DNA of 64,000 nt from Phoronis australis (lineage: Eukaryota > Animalia > Phoronida). Each line of letters begins with the position of its first letter. The first letter of the stretch is position 1. Under the pieces are notes generated by a model. The model did no database searches. It was not told the DNA's origin and worked only from the letters and a program-made list of their open reading frames with translations. The position numbers and the translations under genes are program-made. Location of the stretch: assembly GCA_002633005.1 (NCBI GenBank), contig NMRA01000254.1, forward strand, positions 307,765 through 371,764. Direction: 5' to 3'. Below, piece after piece: positions 37,858 to 49,945 of the stretch.

Positions 37858-40800
37858 GTATGGTATATTTTGAACTACTACTTGCATGCTCATCGATGTC
37901 AGTTTGACCTTTAAGCTTGAAGTTTATCGTTCATTTGATTTTGTGCTGTGTTGTGGGCTTTACTTTGCTCAGTGCAATACCCAAAATGCCCGTGGTATCA
38001 AGATACTCAAGCATTAGAAAACCACAAGGGAGTGAGTGCACTACCCTCTAACATTGCGCCACCTTTACTGAAAATTGGTCCTGTGGAAACATGATGAACG
38101 ACGCAAGGAATTCCGTGTGCGGGCATCATTGCGCATGCCCTGGTCGGAAATATACATTGTACCGCTCACATCACCACCACTTGCACACGCCTTTATGCAT
38201 TGTTCTTGTTTGGGCTTAAGCCACTGGATCGGAGCTCCCTTTATTTTGTCATGACTTAATGTTACGTACGACGTCGGTTTCATTGCCTTAACCATTCCAC
38301 AATGCTAATGCTTTCGTAGCACTGTGAAAGAGTGTATGAGTGCACTTGCTTGGCTTCGCCGGTTCCAACGACTTCTATTGCAATCAGTTGACCATGCGTA
38401 ACCGGGAAAGAAGTACAGCCAAGGGCAGTCATTGAGTTCAGGATTGGTGTTTGATGGAAGCACTGAACACTGAGTTAGCTGTGGGTTTTGCCGGGTAGTG
38501 CAAACATCAGTGGATTTGCCGCCTCTGTTCCACTCTGCCAAAGGCTGTGTGAACCATCTGACGGGACAGCTTTGGGTAATTTCATTGTTAAATCGCCACG
38601 TGTGACAACTCAAACTTTATTCTGACTCCCATTTTTGTCCCTATTGCTCGCAATGAAAATGACAACAGGCTAAGAGAAAAGTAGTTAAAAAGTAAAACTG
38701 CACTTTTTGGCCCCAAACCACAACTCTCCTGTTAACACTGGATTCTGAAAGCAAGTTTAATACAGATTCCACGAATGTGGTGCAAAAGTGTTGTCACCCA
38801 ATTAGATTATTTTGCAGTTATCTGAGGTCCACCTAAAATCGCAGTATATGTTTTCTGAAAGAAAAGCGACCAGAACGGTCGATTTTAATGAAATCTCTTT
38901 TAAATGAAAAATTCACCAGTTACCTCAAAACGCTGTTCGAAAATTTCAATTAGTCTTTTCGCTTGGTTTCTATGACATGTCAACTCGCAAAATGCAAGGT
39001 ACCTTTGTAAAAAATAGCAGTCGTATTCGTCTTTGTTACATTACGCAAATACCAGAATTAAATTTGGAAAGTCTCAGCAAAATCCACAGAGTCGTTTTCG
39101 AGAACTCGTTTTCCTAAGTTCAAATTAAATCAATTTGCAAAGCCGAGGAAAAAATAAATCGTGAAAGGTTATACTTTCAAGGTCCTCGGTTAATTATTCG
39201 GTGAAAATTTGCTTTCGGTCGATATAACCTGTACACCCCTTAGCTACGGTCATTATTTCAACATTGAACAACAACATGTCATTTGCATTTGCAGTGCATA
39301 ATTCACTTAATTAACAAAAAAACGTTTAATTTAATCCAAGTCGAGTGCATCGATTCCAAATAGGTCACGGGCGTAGCCAACATATTAAGTGGGTCAAGCT
39401 GGTGCATTGTGGTCCGCATAAAAATAGACACACCACGCGCTGTTAAACTCCTAACCCAAGTACAAAATGGATACAGAAATCAGGTCGGTGGCTAAAGCAC
39501 GTCGTGAGCATGAGAACTTACAGCGGTTGTTTGCTTCCAACGTGGTTCTGATCAGTCTTTTTGCCAAGCTACACGGTATTTATTTCGTACCGTAATCGTT
39601 CGGGTTAACGCCCTGGGCGGTTAAATTGGCGAACCCAAAAAATCGGGGGAGGGCGGTTAACCTAGCAGTGGGCGGTTAAATCGAAAATCCACCTAAAGTA
39701 GGGGATGGGCGGTTAACCGAACATGGGCGCTTATTACGACAGTCAACCGCCCTGGGCGGTTAATCTTACCTGGCGATCTAAATCCCGACACGACACTAAT
39801 ACTCGGAACGCGTAGCCCTTTTCAAAGAGCTTCATCGTCACGTCGCCAAATGACTGTAAAAACGTCATAACAGCGGATGATCCCAACAAAGGTTCTCTTG
39901 CCCTCAGATTAGTCATTCACTATTAAATTAACAAAATTGCTGAGTAATAGCCCCGTGCCGTCCTGCGGTGCGCAGACGACAAGTGACTACGAAGCCTCCA
40001 CTTGAATTAAAACTGTTTCAAGATGTGACCCTGCTTAAGTGCGCGCGTGCAAGCTTCACGTGTTGCAGAGGTCAGACATCAAATTTATGGTCTCGTACTA
40101 GATGTAGCTGTCAAGTTCTGAGTCAGAGAGCAGTTTTAAAATTGGTTGTAATAAAAGTTTGAAAAACTTAACTCTGCTGTTTTTTTGTGTTTGGGATGTT
40201 GTAGTCGACACTCCGTGACTCAATGACATTTTCTGCGTATGGTTTTGCGGCTAGCTGTCTTATCTCGACAGACCGGCATTGCTCTCTTGCCGTTACGCCA
40301 AACATGTCATGCAAAGAAGTAAGACAAGGATCGGGGGTGGTCGAGCCAGTCGTCGATCATGAATAAAATTTCAAGCAAATGCATAAATATGTTACAAAAT
40401 GTCAGAAAACAGCAATGTTTCAATTCATTATTCTAAACGATCACCTTACCAAACTTCGTGGTGGAAAAACATTTATTTTCATGCAAGATGTCCAGATTAT
40501 CATATTCATATCACTTGTAATATCGCACTGCGGCACTGTTCGGTCCCGCTGTTATCGCGCAATGTCTCAGTCGGCTGACAATCGTGACTTGGAAATGCCG
40601 TCAAGTAATATAACGGCCTCTTTCAATATGCATCTCGTTTTTTATGGCTAAAGATNNNNNNNNNNNNNNNNNNNNNNNNNNNNNNNNNNNNNNNNNNNNN
40701 NNNNNNNNNNNNNNNNNNNNNNNNNNNNNNNNNNNNNNNNNNNNNNNNNNNNNNNNNNNNNNNNNNNNNNNNNNNNNNNNNNNNNNNNNNNNNNNNNNNN

Positions 40801-40942
40801 NNNNNNNNNNNNNNNNNNNNNNNNNNNNNNNNNNNNNNNNNNNNNNNNNNNNNNNNNNNNNNNNNNNNNNNNNNNNNNNNNNNNNNNNNNNNNNNNNNNN
40901 NNNNNNNNNNNNNNNNNNNNNNNNNNNNNNNNNNNNNNNNNN

Positions 40943-41175
40943 ACAATTGGTGAAAAATAGCACAAAACAAAAGTAGAATAGAACAGATTCGCACAGTAAG
41001 CTCAACGCAAAACCAAGTGGCGGGAAGCGCTTGCCTCCTAAAACGTCACTTCCGGAAAAGCGGACGAGTAATTAATAAAATTACGAAAAGCTGTAATTAA
41101 GTGAAAAATATGTCTAGGATAACCAACCAACCTTATTTTAGCTCAAAATGACATGGAAAAAGGTTGCCTTCGCCT
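40943..41175 (+). mobile_element. Kolobok copy 4, KolX-side terminus next to an N gap
   Basis: Nearly identical to 25166-25398; ends CCTTCGCCT followed by TTAA. Confidence 0.85.
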
Positions 41176-43563
41176 TTAAAACAGGGTTCAGTGCCCTTTT
41201 AGAAATTCGAAGATGGCGTACGAAACTGTGGACTCTTGTGTAGACGGCATGTTCGACAAAGGATCAGTGAAAACAGTTCCTTCTGCAGACCTGGGTCAGA
41301 ATCTTGTTTTTGTACTCTGAATCGAAGTTGTCACGACAACTGTATGCTCGTGCTCGAGTGTGTTATGGTTTATGCAGATGAGAGCATTCTCTTAATCTGC
41401 ACTTGAAGACTACAAGAAACTTGATATAATCTCCAGGAAGAATTCATAACTTCAAGTAAAAGCACGAGATTTCAAGTAAAAAACTCGAGATTTTGCGTAA
41501 AATGTAAGATTTTGAGTCCGCACTGGACCTTATTCAGGTGCTAAGAGACAACGTACAGTATCTGTCACTAATATGACACGATTTGGACCCACAGATAGGA
41601 ATACAAACGCAGTCACGTCATATGTTCAAAAAGTGCAGGCCTTTACTTTTCTGATCCCAGTAACCATGGGGGCAATTTATCAATTGATTTTTTAACAAAA
41701 TTATGTGTTTGGATTAATCTGTATTCTCGACAACGGGTGGCACCAGTATTATACTCCCGAGGAGTTGAAAAGGATTAGTATTGACCAGGTCTATGAACAG
41801 CGAATAATTTTCTAAGTGTTTAGCAACTTGTCGAGCTGCTTACGTCTAGCGTAATAATTAGTAGTTTTTATTTTAAATTTGGTTTGATTTGGCGTAGTCC
41901 AAAACGAGAAAACGATGTCATACAGAACAAGCGATTACCTTTAATGCTGAGGTCAAAATAAATGTAAACTACATGTAGGATTAGAAATTAATCCATGGTG
42001 TACTGGAAAACAGAATGACAGACATTTATCTCGAGTTCGCACTAAACTAGAGAGGACGGATGTCAAACCGAATTCCCTTTAATTTAGGAAGATTAGACCG
42101 GTCTTTGTCTGAGTTCTTTCCAATATTCCTTCCACTGGTGGCGATTACTTTTCCAAAAGTTTTAAAGCTCATATTGTCTGATTTGTCTGTCTTTGTGTCT
42201 AATAGTGACGTCATCAGTGTTTCCTCTTCAGCGACTAATTGCCGTCACAACATTGAGTACATTAGACATGTCTAGGCTGCTTATTTCACTAAAACTCGTG
42301 AAAGTCCGATATGCATGTGATACATGTATTTTGTTCAGCTTCAATAAATTTCCTCAGTTGGTTGTTCTAGTTCGTGCAACTTTCCCCTTCCGGTAAGTCC
42401 GGGATTTCCCTTACGAACAAAATCTAATTAGTGCGAGTTTTGCCTTAGTATCAATTGCTAACGCCACGTTCATTGATTTGCTTTCACTGGACTAGCGCAT
42501 AGTGAACAACCTGCGAGTAGCAGATAAAGCTATTCTGTATCAAACCATGCACCTGGTAAGAGTTGCAATGCGAGAAATTTTGTAAAGAAAAAATGTAGTA
42601 AAAATCGGAAGCCGTTCACCATGCATGTACGTGGTACTCCACTCTTAACTGCCTGATGGCTTGGAACACTGAAGCCCAACGTTGTATGTATGTACATGTA
42701 CATGTAGCAAGAACAGTGAGACTGCGATGTTGACCACGCAAAATTACGCGGGTGAAAGGCGAATGTCTCTCGATTAGGCCGGAGCTCATTAGCAGTAGCC
42801 AAAATGGCGGCGGCCATTGGTGTGATAAGTCTGCAATGTTAGAATGTTGATGTATGGAATAGAATTCACGAAATATGAAAACAATTTACTGTTTCTGATT
42901 AATAAGAAAAGTTCAAGTACACAATACCCCGACCAGAACTATGGCAAACAGCCCTGGTCCTCCCAGCATCTTCACCTTTCTTTTCCACTGAGCGAAAAAA
43001 GTTTTGTTTAAAAACATTTGAAAGTGTGTTGGAAGTAGGCCAATAACGCTTAACCAATTTTTGCTGATGTGAGGTGTCCTAGGTATAACAGAACTCTCTG
43101 CAGAATTTCTACTCGCCGCTAGCCACATATATTAAGTTTGGAATACTAAGAAATAAGAAGGAACATTATTTTTTTCATCGACAACAATCTAAAAATCAAT
43201 CACAGGCCATTTGTAACTTTCACTTGCAGTACGAACCACTGAACTGAATGCCCATACAACCCAGCGAACACCAGTTCTTAATGAGATCGGACTAGGTAAA
43301 ATCGAATATGACAAAAATTGGTGAGTGCCACCATATTATGGTACGCCTGTCGTTTGGAACAAACGAGCATTCTTGTAATTACATGATTGTTACCCTAAAG
43401 TAAGCGAGTCTTCAATATTAGTTGTGCTCAGATGTGTGCGAGCAGGTCTAAACAAGTCTAGGTTCCTCAAGTTGCACCAAATTAAGAAACTATGCGACAT
43501 TTTCCAGCAGCTACCGCCTTGTTACATTAGACTACTAATGGCATTTCCGTTTGTTACCTGCAG

Positions 43564-43965
43564 ACGAGAGCACCTCGGTTAAAGTTGAACCACGCGCCCT
43601 TTACACTAGAGTTGGACCGGGTGTTGACGTAAGCATAGCCTGTCGGTACACTGTTCTAACAGGTTATTACTTGGATCGTATAGAATGGACCCGTGGCGAC
43701 TCTACAAAGATCTTCCAGCAGTATTGGAGGAATTTCTCGTCCTCCGTTGAATGGTTCGAGAGATTTCGCACCGAACCCAGACGGGCAAATGTCTCTAGCA
43801 AAGGAACGTTTCTTGGCAACACAGTTTACCCCAATAGAGTTGCTGGCCTCAAAATACATAACTTCAACGAAGACGACGCTGGCGTTTACAGCTGTTTAGT
43901 TAAACTTGTCTCCAGCACTGGGCAAGCTGTTGAGATTAAAGATGAAAGCAATGTCATGGTTAGAA
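43564..43965 (+). CDS. Mosaic receptor: Ig domain 5 (V-like, type A)
   Basis: VSIACRY...IEW...GTFLG...DDAGVYSC; 402 nt, phase 1-1. Confidence 0.9.
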
Positions 43966-44841
43966 GTAAGTCGCGACTGTTTGAGAAGCATCGGACGTTT
44001 TGTTCGAACACAACCGACGGTGTTCAGTGATGTGGGTGTTAGAAAATCCAGGAAGTCAAAAAATTTTGTTTGACAACTTCTTTGCCAATACGTCTGGCAA
44101 AAAATGAGTGCAAATGATCAAAGAACACAATAAACAGTCTTACCTTTTTAAGAGATAAGTCTGAATATTTGGGCTTTCTGGTTTTCAGCATCTTTTCACT
44201 GGGATCCCGGTGGCACCGGTAACTATCGGCTGGCAATGCACACAGGATTATTACGCTACCTCATTGTGCGGGGCTGGTGACCAATTAGCCTATTAGAGTA
44301 CCGTGTTTGTCATTACGAGCATAAGTATTTTGCATGTTGAAATGTGGAACTGTCCTCTGTCACTGGCTCGAATCTGAGGATCATCAAGTGCAAACTTGGA
44401 CTAGAAAACCATCTGTATAAAACATAATACACCCGAGCACAGAGTAATAAACACCTACTCCATCTTAAGTTCGTACACTGTACATGTACAATAGCAAAAA
44501 ATGTCAAAAGCAATTGCAAAATAGAATTCGAGTCTGGACCCTGTACCCAAACTTTTAATTCCTGACTTAGACTCAATACGTGACCGATCATATCGCACTA
44601 TTCGCAACTTTACTCAAGCATACACCCATGATCTGGCTGTTTTAAGTCCTTCCAAAAATCGTACCCGTTAAAACAGATGTAAATCCGACCATGCCCTCGT
44701 TGGTAGACCTGTATGTACTGCTAAAAGGGTTGTCGTTTAGGAAAACAGACCTGTGATATCATGCAGGCCAAAATATCCAACTAGGCCTTACAACTTTTTG
44801 GTGGTCGCATACATGTGTATACGTGACATTCTTTTTCAAAG

Positions 44842-45207
44842 GCCCAGTAACGGTGTCCATGCACTCGAAAACCCACGCGCAGAAGGGTCATACTGCAAAT
44901 GCGCAATGCGTGGTGAAGAGTGACGGAAGAAATTCACACGGTCTTGTTCACGTCTTCTGGATTATCAACGGACACAGGGTGGCGTCTTACATTCCAGCCC
45001 GCAGCAAAGCGATGGAGCTGCTTGAAACCCGTGAGAAACACAGACTGGGGTCTGTAATCAAGCAGATGCGGGGCGACATGAACAACATTGAAACAACTCT
45101 GATGGTGAGGAACGCCCAGTACGAAGACGAACAGTTGGAAATCGCGTGCTCTGCACGAGCTTATTTGGACTGGGATGTCAAGGCCGCGACACAACTTCGT
45201 ATTGATG
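44842..45207 (+). CDS. Mosaic receptor: Ig domain 6 (type B)
   Basis: ANAQCVV...VFWIING...IACSARAYLDW; 366 nt, phase 1-1. Confidence 0.87.
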
Positions 45208-45628
45208 GTATTTAAAATTGCTACTTCCTTATACATGTATAGAGGCTTAAGATATGTGATACCTTTCGTGTGTGGAAGAATCGAATAGTTGAGGACACCA
45301 GTAGTACTTTTGCAAAGTTCTAAAGAGTGATAGCCAAGGCCTTTTCCACAAACTGGCTACGCTTTCATTTGGAAAACCAACCTTTTCCCTGCGTTTTCAA
45401 AAGCTGTTTGTACTTTTGTTGAAGTACTAGCTATTTCTGAAAAATGTTTAAATATAGTTTCATTCTACAGGCCCAGAAGAGCCGTATGATTATTACCGTG
45501 TTTGCGCGTTCGACAAGTCGAGATCCGCCATAACAACGGCCACTGTTGAACACACCAGTGTAACGCCATGTAGAACTGGCACGGTGTAAAAGTTGTCTAT
45601 GGTGTACAATTGTTAGCGTTCACTTTAG

Positions 45629-45850
45629 ATTGCACCGTCTTTGGATGTGAACACTCTGGGAAATGCAACAGGTACTCCAGCAGATGTGCGTGTACCCAGA
45701 ACTTTCGTGGAAGAAATTGTGAACTTGACGTGGACGAATGCCGCCAAAAACCACCACCTTGCAGTAAAATGTCTTCGTGTGTAAACGTCTTTGGCTCATA
45801 CAAGTGCACGTGCAACGTGGGTTACTATGGAAATGGTCGCACATGCCAGG
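45629..45850 (+). CDS. Mosaic receptor: EGF-like plus calcium-binding EGF domains
   Basis: DCTVFGC...CACTQNFRGRNCE-LDVDEC...CVNVFGSYKCTC...GNGRTC; 222 nt. Confidence 0.92.
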
Positions 45851-47171
45851 GTACGTCATATATGATGCTAAAGTCATCTTTTTCAATCTTTCTTCTTAGC
45901 CAGAACGATTATTCGCAATTTATGACCTCTCGAAGCCAGACTGTTAGCGTCGTTCTCCAAGTTGTCGGCTTTTACATTCTAGATTATAGCACCGAATATT
46001 CTGCGCTCCAATTGGTCGCCAATGTGACCTCAGATCGTGTTTGGCGACATGGGAAAAATCTCAAGTCACCACGAAGTCCCGAGAATGGGGCACGATAGGA
46101 CCTTTTTTAGTCTGTGATTTCTACGCCGGATAGTCAACGTCAGATTTCATTCATTTGGTGACCTGGGATTTTTGCCAGGTCGCCAAGTGCGACATGGCGC
46201 TTACATGTAGCTAACTTCGAGCGCTGAAAGTGAATGCATTTTATCGAGAGAATCTTTCTATTTCAAATTTATTGAAGCAACGGTGAAATAATCTGAAAAA
46301 TGATAAAAAGATGAACTCTCGTACCGATTTAATTTTAAGTTTCATTTATTAATAAATGATGTTGCTTCTAAAATATGATTTACGAAAGCCTTATCAATCC
46401 TTAGAAGTGGTGGCTGCAAAAAGAAAAGGAATGGCTCCATAATGTTTTGAGCTTCTCGAAGTTTAGGTACTTCCTTGGGCCTAACAAATCAATTTGAACC
46501 TGCATGCATTATTCAAGACCGGATATTAAGGGTCAAATCCTGAAAATGTACGCTCCCAAGTTTAAATGTCGCCGGGATTACGCAGATCACGCTTGGTGCA
46601 AACCACAATCTTGTGAAGAGTTTGTGTCAACAGACGACACTGATAACATAACAGGCCGAATAGCAAAAAATGAAAAGTCAGCAATCTGCTGTTTATAGTG
46701 TAACCTGAAGGCGAAATATTGGTTGATGTTGTGAGTGAACGTTTCTAAATGTTGAAGTCTTAAAAATTTGGCCTGTGTTTTCACTGAGTTGAGAAACAGC
46801 TTTTTGTTTAGACCACATACATTATAAAACTGGTCCTTACTGATCTTAGAGCTTTTAAGTTCTAAAACTTAAAAGTCTCTTGGCCTGGAATGATTTGACA
46901 GTTGACTATTTGTTCAGACGAAACCCATAAAAATTCAATTCACCTCATCTAAAGAAAATACCAACTGTCATTTTTGTGCAGCCCAGAAATCCTCTCGTCA
47001 AAGAAAAGAGCGATTTCAGATCATTTTTATTACGACACAACGTACACTGGCATAACCTAGAACTTGTTTTTAACACATTTTACGGGTTTAATGCCGCTTT
47101 AAACAAACTATTTAGGTAAAAGGACACATAAAACGCAATACACTCATTCCATCGTGTGGTGTTCATTCTAG

Positions 47172-47282
47172 CCAACCCCAGATGCAACACTCAACCTTGT
47201 AAGAACAATGGAGTGTGCTTTGACGATCCTCACGGCTTCAAGTGTCTGTGTTTGAAGGGGTTTACCGGAATTCGTTGCGAAA
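47172..47282 (+). CDS. Mosaic receptor: EGF-like domain 3
   Basis: CNTQPCKNNGVC...FKCLCLKGFTGIRCE; ttctag acceptor, gtaagt donor, 111 nt. Confidence 0.92.
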
Positions 47283-48579
47283 GTAAGTTGTATGTTCAGA
47301 AAACTATGCATATATAGGTACATTTTTGTTGTAAAATTCCGTTTGCACAAAGTGCAAGAGGTTGGCCCTTGTCACAGTGAAGCTGTATCATTGGATGAAG
47401 AGTTGCGCAACTTCAATGTCGCCAATTTCTTTTCTGAACCAGACACCAAACAAAATACATTTGGCCGTCATTTAAATTACATTGGCAAGTGACCAGTTCA
47501 GTATCGACTCGAAGATTAACTAAAGGCGATCGACGTTTATAATTATAATTTAAATTTCACACAAAGTCGAGTAAAGTTTTTGGTGGCGATGGGCAATGCG
47601 TAGGTTGTATGGAGGTACGGCAAGCAACTGCTCAGGCAAGAGAGCGTGTTCTTAATTTCTTCGGCTTTGTTAGGAGATGCTTTTCTTCAAAATTTCACAA
47701 ATGCGTACTGACGATTTCCGACTAGGGAAAAGCCCCACTGGGACCTCTTTCAAAAACAAGGTTTTAAAAAGACTACATGATACTCTTTCTGGAAATCTTT
47801 GCATGTCCGGCACGTGTGGAAAATGTGAGCAAGATTTCAATATTTTCGCATATTTTGAACTTTAAAATGACCGCTAATATATTCCAACGTGATCAGTGAT
47901 TGCTAGTCGACAGAAGCCGCGTCAGACTTTGCTTGGAGCAACCTACTGTAACTGTCCACCACATACACTGTACCTTAAAAACATGGCTGAACGAGGGCAG
48001 TGTGGACGGCATTATAATTTTCCGAAAGAACTTTTCCCTTTTTTCCGAAATACCTGTCGAATATCTTTTTTACCCAAATTCACTTCGGTAACACGACGTT
48101 TCTCCAGTGTTGGCCCAGTCGTATAGTGTGCGGTGACGACCCCTGTTGTCTTCCTTCTGTTTAGGTCGTGACGTCTACAATGCCAAATAGTGCACGAAGT
48201 AATATACATCTATTCCTCCTAGACCTACATGTTTAAAGGAGATTGCTAGCTTAGTACATGTAGGTATTATCCAACTCACGACAATCAAAAGATTATAACA
48301 CGACTGTTGAAACTCCCAAGTCTGAAATTATGCTAAATGCTATGTAAGTACATGTAGACATACATGTACAGTATACAGTACGTTTCCAAAAGGTATAACC
48401 TGTGAACAGAACTTCCCGTGGTCTGCATCAGTTTGCACTGGATGCAGTGATCATTCAGCACGACCTCTCCACACCATTGTAGAAATTGTGTAGTTTCTCT
48501 TTGTTTTAATTTGAAGTTCTTCCAGGAAATAACAGAGTGTCACAAAGCTTAGTAGTACTCAATTGTTTTGAATTTCCAG

Positions 48580-48694
48580 ACAGGATCATCAAAAGACACG
48601 AAGGTCTTCCTGGTACCGAGTTTATTTATATTCTCCTGGCCGTGCTTGGAGTAATGTTTGCACTGGTGTTGCTCATATGCTTGTGGCGAAAAAG
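48580..48694 (+). CDS. Mosaic receptor: transmembrane exon
   Basis: FIYILLAVLGVMFALVLLICLW followed by an RKR stop-transfer; phase 1-2. Confidence 0.88.
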
Positions 48695-49285
48695 GTCGGT
48701 CTTTTCGTTTGTATTTTTCTGTTGAAATGTCAAAAATGTTTGTAAATCAGCAGAAGAGACATTTGCAACACTGCAAGGGGGTTGCGACGATTAGAGACAT
48801 CTCCCAAGATTTGTTGATTTGTGAGACGAATAGCTAATTTCGTGGAATTACTAGTTGGTGCGTTAAACAAAGAAGCTGCATAGCAAATCCACGTAATTTT
48901 GATGAACTAGACTTTTTGCTCAATATCCAGTCAAGGATAAAAATGCCATACCACAACTGCAGGATGTGAAATCGGTTGCCACCCGGTCACTACCCAGAAG
49001 AAATAAGTGACGTTTTGCGGCGCTGAATTTTATTCTTGATGGCGGCTACCGGGTGGTTAGAGTTAGGGAGGAAAGTGAACGTCAGCCATACTCTCTTCAT
49101 CAGAGACACACCTGAGATTTCCCACACCGATCCGGCACCGAACTTGTCAGATAAATTTGAATTGCCTGTTTTCTCTTGTTATACTGTGACAAGAAGGAAT
49201 GAGCAAAGCTCACTAGATGAAACTGCAAATTCGTCAATGAAAATTCTTTTGTGTTTAACTGAATACATCTACGCATTTTCTTCAG

Positions 49286-49484
49286 AATGCGCTCAGACGG
49301 CCTTACGCACGAGGAAGCAGAGCCATGGAACGACGAACTGCCTGGACCTCCGATAGTGGCGCTGGTGGGAAACACGTGTCCAGGACTGCACAAAAGCAGA
49401 CAGTCTCATAGACATAGCAAGCGAAAACGGTGGAGTAACGATCAAAATATAAATAATACTGAGTTAATAATACAGTATCAATAA
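49286..49484 (+). CDS. Mosaic receptor: cytoplasmic tail exon (about 66 aa) with stop
   Basis: ttcag acceptor in phase 2 matches the TM exon; RMRSDGLTHEEAEPWNDELPGPP...IIQYQ*; AATAAA overlaps the stop. Confidence 0.7.
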
Positions 49485-49945
49485 AAAGTCCTACAGACCG
49501 AGCTGTTCATTCACATATGGCATATTGCAGACGATTTTAAAAGTTTCAGGTAATAATTAAGGTTGAACTGAACACAGCACAGCACAACACAACGGCCATC
49601 ATTTTGTTACGGAAATTTTTGGCTCTCGTACTATTTCAAAAGTTTCTCCCGTGTTTCACCAGTGTTTCACTTTATAGAGGCACAAAATTAGGTCCGAACA
49701 AATCAGGTGAAGCTAGACATTATCGCCAATTAGTCTCGTACTAAATTTGTCAGAGACAAGAAATTATTTTCCAAATGCGACAAGTGTGCGCACAAAGCGG
49801 AGAATTACTGTACACGTCTACATTTCCTATTTCGTCTAGGGATTTTGTAATAAACCAGACGATATTTAAATGGAACAGAGCATCTGGAGGGAGAAACTAT
49901 GGTACCCATACTCAACTGGACTCAACTTGCATGTAGACCCTTTAA

